A stretch of 64,000 nt of DNA, from the NCBI GenBank assembly GCA_963775425.1, contig CAVZJB010000016.1, forward strand, positions 320,001 to 384,000, in the 5' to 3' direction. Source of the DNA: an uncultured delta proteobacterium. Its GTDB lineage: Bacteria > Myxococcota > UBA727 > VGSZ01. A program made the translations under genes and the position numbers. Each line of letters starts with the position of its first letter. The stretch's first letter is position 1. Under the pieces are notes generated by a model. That model was not told where the DNA came from. It saw nothing but the letters and a program-made list of their open reading frames with translations, and did not search any database. Below are positions 20,249 to 35,084 of this stretch, in pieces.

Positions 20249-20899
20249 ATGGAAGGCCGCTGGACCCTCGATGAGCTCACCGCCCGGATGCAGGCCGTGC
20301 TCGGAACCGCCGGCATCGACGCGGCCAAGGTCAACGGCCAGGTCGGCGAGGTCCCGAACGCGAGGACCATCCGCTACTACACGACCATCGGCCTCGTCGA
20401 CCGCCCGACGCCCAAAGGCCGCGTGGCGACGTACGGCCGGCGCCACCTCGAGCAGCTCATCGCCATCAAGCGCCTGCAGGCGCAGGGCAAGGTCCTCGCC
20501 GACATCGCCGGCGAGCTCGTCGGCCTCGACGACGCCAAGCTCGCCGCCCTCGCCGCCCTGCCCGACGACGTCGAGCGCGCGCTCCACGGCCCGGCCGAGA
20601 AGGTCGCCTCGCGCCGCGAGCGCAGCTTCTGGAGCGCCGACGTCGAGACGGCGACGCAAGGGCCGGCGCGCCACGTCACGCCCGGCGACGACGGCGACAA
20701 GGCGGAAGCGCCGGCGCGCCACGTCACGGCCGCGGCGGTGGTCACTGGAATCCAGCTCAAAGACGGTGTCACGCTCGCCGTTCCGGCAGCGCGCGCCGTC
20801 GACGACGACGACGCGAAGGCCTTGCGCGCGGCCTTGTCAGGCGTCGTCGACATCTTGCGCGCGCGGGGCCTCATCGGCCCCGGAGGAAACGAGAAATGA
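20249..20899 (+). CDS. MerR-family HTH transcriptional regulator
   Basis: WTLDEL...VPNARTIRYYTTIGLVDRP...YGRRHLEQLIAIKRLQAQGKVLADI. Confidence 0.88.
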   Translation: MEGRWTLDELTARMQAVLGTAGIDAAKVNGQVGEVPNARTIRYYTTIGLVDRPTPKGRVATYGRRHLEQLIAIKRLQAQGKVLADIAGELVGLDDAKLAALAALPDDVERALHGPAEKVASRRERSFWSADVETATQGPARHVTPGDDGDKAEAPARHVTAAAVVTGIQLKDGVTLAVPAARAVDDDDAKALRAALSGVVDILRARGLIGPGGNEK

Positions 20900-23526
20900 C
20901 CGCACCGCTGCCCCTGATGACCGAGAGCGAGCTCCGCGACTTCGCCGGCGACCGTGAGTGCGGCTACGGGTGTCTGCGCACCGAGCGCGGCGCCCTCCCC
21001 TTGCGCGAGATGAACGTCGAGGCGCGCGTCATCGCCACGTTCGCGCACACCACGCTGCGCCAGGTGTTCGTCAACACGCTCGGGGTCCCGCTCGAGGCCA
21101 CGTACATCTTCCCCCTGCCCGACCGCGCCGCGGTCACGCGCTTCACGCTCGAGGTCGCCGGCCGCGTCGTCGACGGCGTGCTCGAGGAGCGCATGCAGGC
21201 CCGCCGCACCTACGACCAGGCCATCGCCAGCGGCAAGCGCGCCTCCATCGCCGAGGAGGAGCGCCCCGGCGTCTTCACCATCCGCGTCGGAAACCTCATG
21301 CCCGGCGAGGCCGCCGCGGTGACGCTCGAGATGTCCGGCGCGCTGCCCGTCGCCGACGGCGAGGTCACGTACCGCTTCCCGCTCGTCGTCGCGCCCCGCT
21401 ACATGCCCGGCCAGCTCCTCGGCGGCGAGGACGTCGGCGACGGCGTCGCCCACGACACCGACGCCGTCCCCGACGCCTCGCGCATCTCGCCGCCCGTGCT
21501 CCTGCCCGGCATGCAGAGCCCCGTGCGGCTCTCGCTCGCCGTCGAGCTGGACGCCGCCGGCCTGCCGCTGTCCCAGGTGCGCTCGAGCCTCCACGCGGCG
21601 TACGCCGACGAGCGCGGCGGCCGCCTCGTCGTTCGCACCACGCCGGGCGAGCGCCTCGATCGCGACTTCATCCTGCGCTTCCACCTCGGCGACGACGCCG
21701 CGCACACGTCGGCGCGCATCGCGCTCGACGGCGCCATGCCCCTGCCGCGCGGGCGCGGCGTCCCGGGCGCGCTCTTCGGCGCACCCGGGTTCACCGAGGA
21801 CGCCACCTTCGCGCTCACGCTCCTGCCGCCCACGCTGCACGTGTCGCAGAAGCCCAAGGACGTCGTGTTCGTCATCGACCGCTCCGGCTCCATGCAGGGG
21901 TGGAAGATGGTCGCGGCGCGCCGCGCCACCGCCCGCATGATCGACGCGCTGCGCGCGCACGACCGCTTCGGGGTCATCGCGTTCGACAACGTCGTCAGCG
22001 AGCTCCACGCCGGGCTCGTCGAGGCCAGCGACCGCGAGCGCTACCGCGCCTCCGAGTGGCTCGCGAAGATCGACGCGCGCGGCGGCACCGAGATGGCCGC
22101 GCCCCTCGCCCGCGCCGCCGACCTCCTCGGCGGGGCCGCCTACGGAGGTGTTCGGCTGGAGCGCGATCGCGTGCTCGTGTTCGTCACCGACGGCCAGGTC
22201 GGCAACGAGGCGCAGCTCATGAAGCTCCTCGGTGCGCGCCTGCGCGGCGCGCGGGTGTTCGCGCTCGGCATCGACCAGGCCGTGAACGCGGGCTTCCTGA
22301 ACCGCCTCGCCGCGCTCGGCGGCGCGGGCGACGCCGAGCTGGTGGAGAGCGAGGACCGGCTCGACGAGGTGCTCCAGCGGGTGCACCGGCGCGTCGACGC
22401 CCCGGTGATCGCGGAGCTCAGCGTCGACGTCGAGGGCGCGCAGCTCCTGCCGGGCACGCTGTCGCCCGCGCAGCTCCCCGACGTGTTCGCCGGCGTCCCC
22501 GCCACCGTCTGCGGCCGCGTGCGGCTCGACAACCGCGGCGGGCGCTGGCCGGTGTTCGTGGTGCGCGGGCGCACGGCCGACGGCGGGCGCTTCGAGGACC
22601 GCATCTACGCCGACCCGGTGACGAACCCCGCGGTGCGCACGGCGTGGGCGCGGCTGCACCTGCGCGACCTCGAGGACCGCTTCGACGCGAGCATGGGCAA
22701 CCGCGCGGAGCTCGAGCGCCGCATCGTCGAGGTGTCGCTCGCGAACAACGTGCTGTGCCGCTTCACGGCCTTCGTCGCCGTCGACGGCGAGGTGGTGAAC
22801 CGCGGCGGCTGGCAGCACCACGCGACGCAGCCCGTGGAGCAGCCGGCGGGCTTTGGTGGCGGCGCCCCGGCCGGCGCCCCGGCCCCGATGCCCCAGGCTT
22901 CGATGCCCGAGGCCTCGATGGGCGGGCGCAGCCGTCGCTCGGCAGCGCCGAGCGCGTCGCGCGCCGAGTCCTTCGACAAGGCGGCGCTCGCGCGGCCCCC
23001 TGCCGATCTGAGCCGGAGCGCCGTGCTCGACGAGGAGTCGAACATGGACGCGCCGGCCCCGCGCGCGCCGTCGCGGGTGATGGCGCCGCCGCCGCCGAGG
23101 GCCAAGCCGGCGGGCGCGGACCTCGCCAAGCGGAAGGGCGGCGGGTTCCTCGGCGCGATGAAGGACGCGCTCGGGGGCAAGAAGGAAGCGGCGGCGGGCG
23201 TCTCGTCGTTCCGCGCGCGCCTCGAAGACCTCGTGCAGCTCGCGCGAAGGAAGGCGCAGGACCTGTTCGGCGTGGCGCGCGAGCTCGAGCAGCGGCTGCG
23301 GCTGCTCCTCGAGGACATGGCCCACGCGGGCGTGCCGGCGCACGAGCGGCGCCCGCTCGACGAGGTCGAACGCTCGTTGCGCGACGCCGTGCTGAGCGGC
23401 GACTCGTTGCGCGTCGAGCAGGCCCTGGTCGGCGCCGAGGACGTCCTGGCGCGCGCCGCGGGGATGACGCCGTCGAGGGGGTCTGTGACGCCCGGCGGCG
23501 GCAAGCGCGAGGGCTTCTGGCGCTGA
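20896..23526 (+). CDS. VIT + vWA domain protein (inter-alpha-trypsin inhibitor / vault-PARP-type architecture), cytoplasmic
   Basis: VIT motif TTLRQVFVN...LEATYIFPLPDRAAV; vWA MIDAS motifs DRSGSM, GGTE and VTDG. Translationally coupled to the MerR gene (ATGA). Confidence 0.9.
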   Translation: MTAPLPLMTESELRDFAGDRECGYGCLRTERGALPLREMNVEARVIATFAHTTLRQVFVNTLGVPLEATYIFPLPDRAAVTRFTLEVAGRVVDGVLEERMQARRTYDQAIASGKRASIAEEERPGVFTIRVGNLMPGEAAAVTLEMSGALPVADGEVTYRFPLVVAPRYMPGQLLGGEDVGDGVAHDTDAVPDASRISPPVLLPGMQSPVRLSLAVELDAAGLPLSQVRSSLHAAYADERGGRLVVRTTPGERLDRDFILRFHLGDDAAHTSARIALDGAMPLPRGRGVPGALFGAPGFTEDATFALTLLPPTLHVSQKPKDVVFVIDRSGSMQGWKMVAARRATARMIDALRAHDRFGVIAFDNVVSELHAGLVEASDRERYRASEWLAKIDARGGTEMAAPLARAADLLGGAAYGGVRLERDRVLVFVTDGQVGNEAQLMKLLGARLRGARVFALGIDQAVNAGFLNRLAALGGAGDAELVESEDRLDEVLQRVHRRVDAPVIAELSVDVEGAQLLPGTLSPAQLPDVFAGVPATVCGRVRLDNRGGRWPVFVVRGRTADGGRFEDRIYADPVTNPAVRTAWARLHLRDLEDRFDASMGNRAELERRIVEVSLANNVLCRFTAFVAVDGEVVNRGGWQHHATQPVEQPAGFGGGAPAGAPAPMPQASMPEASMGGRSRRSAAPSASRAESFDKAALARPPADLSRSAVLDEESNMDAPAPRAPSRVMAPPPPRAKPAGADLAKRKGGGFLGAMKDALGGKKEAAAGVSSFRARLEDLVQLARRKAQDLFGVARELEQRLRLLLEDMAHAGVPAHERRPLDEVERSLRDAVLSGDSLRVEQALVGAEDVLARAAGMTPSRGSVTPGGGKREGFWR

Positions 23527-23546
23527 GCGCGCGGGCGCCTTGAGCG

Positions 23547-23583
23547 GCCGGGCGTCGTGTGGACGGCGCCCGGCTTCTTTCTT
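23547..23583 (+). terminator. Rho-independent terminator of the MerR-VIT/vWA operon
   Basis: Stem-loop GCCGGGCGTCGT-GTGG-ACGGCGCCCGGC followed by TTCTTTCTT. Confidence 0.65.
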
Positions 23584-23641
23584 CGTGCCCCGGCGACGGG
23601 CAGACCGCCGCGGAGCCGGCGCCGGGGGCTATGGTCCGTCC

Positions 23642-24763
23642 ATGTCCCCCCGCTTCTCCGCCGCCGTCCTCGCCCTCGCCGTGTTCTCCGCCGCCCACGC
23701 CGCCGGCGACGACAAGCGCCGCGTGCTCGTGGCCGACGCCGTCGCCAACGGCGTCGACCCGAGCCTCGCGCGCACGCTCACCTCGATGATCGTCGCGCGG
23801 CTCGACGCGCGCCCGGGCGTGGACGCGCTGTCGGGCGCGGAGCTCAAGCGGCTCATGTCCCTCGAGGCCGACAAGGCCGCCTGCGGCAGCGACGACTGCG
23901 TCAACGACCTCACCGGCGCCCTCGGCGCGCCGCTCGCGGTCTTTGCCGACGTCGGCAAGCTCGGGGCGCTCACCGTCGTCAACCTCACGCTCTTCGACGT
24001 CGTCCAGGGCGTGCCGGTGGCCCGCGCCGCGGTGGAGACGGAGAAGCTCGAGCAGATGCCCGACAAGCTCGACGCCGCCGTGGGCGGGCTGCTCGCGGAC
24101 GCGTCGGCTGACGGCGCATCGACCCGCCCCCCCTCGGCGAAGAATGCGGCGACGAAGAGCGCGTCGACGGCGGGCGCGTCGACGACGGGCGCGCCGACCC
24201 AGGACACCGCCTCGAGGGGCGCGGCGAAGTCAAAGCACGCGGGCGGCGCATCGAAGACCGTGGCGAAGGCCCGCCCGAGCGCCCCCCGCGCGCCGACGGG
24301 CGACGACGCGCGCGTGGCCGACTTGCTGGGCGACGACTCCGGCGGTGCCATCGGGGACGCCACAGGCGACGCCGGCGGCCTCGGGTTGAGGGGCGTGGGC
24401 GGCGGTGGCGGCGGCTCGGGTGCCGGCCTCGGCGGCCTCGGCGCCCTCGGCCGCCCCGTCGGTGAGGGCGCCGCGGGAGACGCGGGGCGCCCGCTGCGCC
24501 CCGCCGACGTGCAGACCGTGGTGCGCAGCCACCGCGGCGAGCTCCGCGCGTGCGCGCAGCTCGCGCGCAAGTCAGGCAAGCACGGCAGGGTGGCGGTGCG
24601 CTTCCTGATCGCCGGCGACGGCAAGGTCACGTTCGCGCACATCACCCGCACCGACTTCGCCCGCACGGGCGTCGGCAAGTGCGTCATCGATCACGTCTCG
24701 TCGTGGACCTTCCGCGCCACCGGCGCGCCGACGGCCATCAACTTCCCGTTCGCCTTTCGGTGA
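23642..24763 (+). CDS. Secreted protein: N-terminal TolB_N/CsgG-like alpha/beta domain, low-complexity linker, C-terminal AgmX/PglI (TonB-C-like) domain
   Basis: Signal peptide ending AAHA. The C-terminus reads VQTVVRSHRGELRAC...GRVAVRFLIAGDGKV...VGKCVIDHVSSWTF...INFPFAF. Confidence 0.75.
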   Translation: MSPRFSAAVLALAVFSAAHAAGDDKRRVLVADAVANGVDPSLARTLTSMIVARLDARPGVDALSGAELKRLMSLEADKAACGSDDCVNDLTGALGAPLAVFADVGKLGALTVVNLTLFDVVQGVPVARAAVETEKLEQMPDKLDAAVGGLLADASADGASTRPPSAKNAATKSASTAGASTTGAPTQDTASRGAAKSKHAGGASKTVAKARPSAPRAPTGDDARVADLLGDDSGGAIGDATGDAGGLGLRGVGGGGGGSGAGLGGLGALGRPVGEGAAGDAGRPLRPADVQTVVRSHRGELRACAQLARKSGKHGRVAVRFLIAGDGKVTFAHITRTDFARTGVGKCVIDHVSSWTFRATGAPTAINFPFAFR

Positions 24764-24821
24764 CGCAGCCCGCCGGTCGGCGATCGGCGCGGGCGCTCCC
24801 TCCGGTCGGCGGCCCGGCAGC

Positions 24822-26257
24822 TCAGCCGCGGTTGCGGGCTCTGTGGGTGCCGATCGGGATCGGGTAGTCGCCGGAGAAGCAGGCGTCGCAGTGGCCCGTC
24901 GTCGACGCCGAGCCGTGGACGGCCTGGTGAAGCCCCTCGCGAGACAGGAAGGCCACGGAGTCGGCGCCGATGAACGCCGCGATTTCGTCGACGGACATCC
25001 GGCTCGCGATGAGCTCTTCGCGCGTGGGCGTATCGATGCCGTAGTAGCAAGGGCCGGTCGTCGACGGCGCCGAGATGCGCACGTGGATCTCCTTGGCCCC
25101 GGCGCCGCGCACCATCTCCACGATCTTCTTCGAGGTGGTGCCCCGCACGATGCTGTCGTCGACGACCACCACGCGCTTGCCGTCGAGGATGCTCTTCACC
25201 GGGTTGAGCTTCAGCTTCACGCCGAAGTTGCGGATGCGCTGCTCGGGCTCGATGAAGGTGCGGCCGACGTAGTGGTTGCGCACGAGCCCCATCTCGAAGG
25301 GCACGCCGCTCTCGTTGGCGTAGCCCATGGCCGCGTACACCCCGCTGTCGGGCACGGGGATGACGACGTCCGCCTCCACCGGCGACTCCTTCGCGAGCTG
25401 CTGCCCGAGCGCCTTCCTGGCCTCGTGCACGTAGCGCCCGAACACCAGGCTGTCCGGCCGCGCGAAGTAGACGTGCTCGAAGATGCACGCGGCCTTCGGC
25501 AGCCCCTCGGGGTTCTCCAGACGGAACGAGCGCAGCCCGTCGTCGTCGATCACCACGATCTCGCCGGGCTCCACGTCGCGCACGGTGGTGGCGCCGATGA
25601 GGTCGAAGGCGCAGGTCTCGCTCGCGAGCACCCAGCCGCCGCGCGCCAGGCGCCCCACCGCCAGGGGGCGCACGCCCGACGGGTCGCGCACGCCGTAGAG
25701 CCGCCCGTCGCCGGTGACGGTCAACGAGTACGCGCCCCGCACCTGCTTCAGCGACTTCTGCAGGCGCTCGAGCAGCGAGCCGTGCGACGTGGCGACGAGG
25801 TGCAGGATGACCTCGGTGTCCGACGAGGTCTGGAAGATACTTCCACGCTCCTCGAACTGTGCACGTATGGTCTCGGCGTTCACCAGGTTGCCGTTGTGGG
25901 CCACGGTGATGGGGCCGGCCTGGCAGCGCACCAGGAGCGGCTGGCAATCCCGCACGGTGTCGGTGCTGTCGCCGGCGGTGGCGTAGCGGACGTGCCCCAC
26001 GGCGACGCGCCCGGCGAGCGCCGCCAGGTCCTGCTCGGAGAACACGTCGGCCACCAGACCCACGCCCACCTTGCGCTTGAGCTCTTCGCCGTCGCCGGCG
26101 ACGATGCCGGCGCTCTCCTGCCCCCGGTGCTGCAGCGCGTACATGGCGAGGTAGGCGAGGTTGGCGGCCTCGTCGTCGCCGTGGACGCCGACCACGCCGC
26201 AGCGGTCGCGGAAGCAGTCGCCGCCGTCGATCTCGTCGAGGAAGCCGTCGAGCACGC

Positions 26258-26261
<4 letters not shown>
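24822..26261 (-). CDS. purF: Amidophosphoribosyltransferase
   Basis: Short propeptide, then CGVVG; [10 protein letters not shown]; GHVRYATAG; [13 protein letters not shown]; [12 protein letters not shown]; C-terminal CDAC. Confidence 0.96.
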
Positions 26262-29189
<2,928 letters not shown>

Positions 29190-29193
<4 letters not shown>

Positions 29194-29429
29194 CGGAGGA
29201 TCTCGACGTCGTAGGTCTCGATCACCGGGTTCGCCAGGAGCTTGTCCGCCATGGCGCCGAGCTCGGCCTTGACGAGGCCCTCGTCGCCGTCGACGTCGAG
29301 CTCCACGATCTTGCCCACGCGCACGTTCTTCACGCCGGAGAAGCCGAGGCCCTTCAAGGCGCGCTCGATGGTCTCTCCCTGGGGATCGAGGACGGCGGGC
29401 TTCAACCGGACCGAGACGCGAGCGCGCAT
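29190..29429 (-). CDS. purS: Phosphoribosylformylglycinamidine synthase subunit PurS
   Basis: [10 protein letters not shown]...VRVGK...LLANPVIE. Confidence 0.95.
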
Positions 29430-29450
29430 GGAGAACCTCCATGCGCGCTC
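29420..29450 (-). promoter_or_regulatory. Perfect 14-bp inverted repeat covering the purS SD and start codon
   Basis: GAGCGCGCATGGAG-AAC-CTCCATGCGCGCTC. Confidence 0.6.
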
Positions 29451-29540
29451 TATCCGCTCGGCGGCCCGGTGCCAACGGTCCCGCGCGCTGGCCGGCGCGG
29501 CGCCACGGGGGCGCTCGCGCCGATGGGCGCGCCGGTGGCG

Positions 29541-30323
<783 letters not shown>

Positions 30324-30505
30324 GTGTTGTCTCCTTTGCGCCTTCGACACGTCGACGGCGCGGGATGAAACCGTGCGCAGATCTGCGCAGCCGCTGCTCG
30401 AATCGGAGCAGCTCGACGCACGCGGGACGGGAACGACGAGCACGGCGGCCCCTGCGTTTCAGGGAGCGTGCCGGCGACGCCGCTAGGTGAATGTCGTAAC
30501 GCCGC

Positions 30506-33901
<3,396 letters not shown>

Positions 33902-33909
33902 ACCCTGAG

Positions 33910-33926
33910 CTATACATTTGTTCAGG
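33910..33926. promoter_or_regulatory. LexA (SOS) box, Myxococcus type, overlapping the dnaE2 promoter
   Basis: CTATACATTTGTTCAGG matches CTRHAMRYBYGTTCAGS at every position. A minus-strand TTGACG (-35) sits at 33930-33935. Confidence 0.85.
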
Positions 33927-34098
33927 TCTCGTCAACGGTTGACGTAATGCGAATTCCGTCAACTCGTGCAGAGCCGGGCTCCCTCCCCACGGGTTGATGA
34001 CCTTGATGCCGCGCGCACGCGCGCCTTGCTCTGCTCCACGGCGCGCTGACGTGGAGCACCGTTGACGACGCGCCCCGCCGCCGCCTACGATCGAAGCA

Positions 34099-34120
34099 CG
34101 CGCCACCCGGCGCGTTTTTT
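34099..34120 (+). terminator. Intrinsic terminator-like hairpin in the intergenic region
   Basis: CGCGCC-ACCC-GGCGCG followed by TTTTTT. Confidence 0.5.
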
Positions 34121-34275
34121 CGTCTCCGGTCGCGGCTCCGATCGCGCCTCCCCACGCGACTCCCCATGCGGCGCCGGCCCCCGGCGCGTCCGCGACGGCG
34201 CTCGTGTCGTCGAACGCCGCGCGGCGTTCGCGGCCACCTGCCCCTCGAGCCGGCCGCGCCCTCGACGAGGATCCG

Positions 34276-34791
34276 ATGCGAAGACCCGACCTCGCGCCCG
34301 ACTGCGGGCGCTGCGCAGCCGTGTGCTGCGTCGCCCTGCCCTTCGACGCCTGCGAGGACTTCGCCGTCGCGAAGGGCGCGGACACCGCCTGCCCACACCT
34401 CGCCGCCGACTGCCGCTGCCGCATCCACGACGCGCTCGAGGCGCGCGGCTTCCGCGGCTGCGCAATCTTCGACTGCTACGGCGCCGGCCAGCGCGCGACC
34501 CGCTTCGACGTCGCGGACCCGGCGTTGCGCAACGAGGCCTTCCGCGCGCTGCGCGTGCTGCACGAGCTGCTCTTCCTGCTCACCGAGGCGCGGAAGCTCC
34601 CGGCGGCGGCCGCTGTCCGCCCGGCGCTCGCCGACGAGATCGAGCGGCTCGACGCCCTCGCCGCGTCGACGCCGCGGGCGCTCGCCGCCCTCGACGTGCG
34701 CCCGCGGGTCACCGACACCCACGCGCTGTTGCGCCGGATTGGGCGGCTCCATCGCGCGCCCCGACGCGGCGCGCTCGTCGTCATCGAATGA
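34276..34791 (+). CDS. Cys-rich putative metal/Fe-S-binding protein; resembles the N-terminal domain of YisX-like pentapeptide proteins but has no pentapeptide repeats
   Basis: DCGRCAAVCCVALPF...FAVAK...CPHL...CRIH...GFRGCAIFDCYGAGQ. GAGGA precedes ATG at 34276. Confidence 0.75.
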   Translation: MRRPDLAPDCGRCAAVCCVALPFDACEDFAVAKGADTACPHLAADCRCRIHDALEARGFRGCAIFDCYGAGQRATRFDVADPALRNEAFRALRVLHELLFLLTEARKLPAAAAVRPALADEIERLDALAASTPRALAALDVRPRVTDTHALLRRIGRLHRAPRRGALVVIE

Positions 34792-35084
34792 CCCCGAGCG
34801 GCGCCGGCGACGCAGTGCGGCGCGGAGGGTCGCGGAGAGCAATCCGTTTTCACGGATGCGGTCAGATCTGACGGATATACTAAATGGCCACGAATGACTC
34901 TCGGGTCAACCCTTGTCGCGCCTCCCGCAGCGACGTCGTCGACGAGGAGACATCGGATCAACGACCGATAGGCCCCGGGTCCCACGATATACAAAACGCC
35001 GTGAACACCCTGGAAAGGTCAATTCTCAGGCGCTATGTCAGCCGCCTTCGCACCTGGACCTAGGTGCAATGACGGAGGCCGATC

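Noticed and set aside
29450-29540. Known purine/ZTP riboswitch upstream of purS
   Set aside because: No recognisable consensus by eye; an Infernal/Rfam search is needed to exclude it formally.
30455-30475. Sigma54-like CGGCACG-N4-CTGA upstream of the (GE)n lipoprotein
   Set aside because: The -12 element lacks the conserved GC, so the match is too weak to call.
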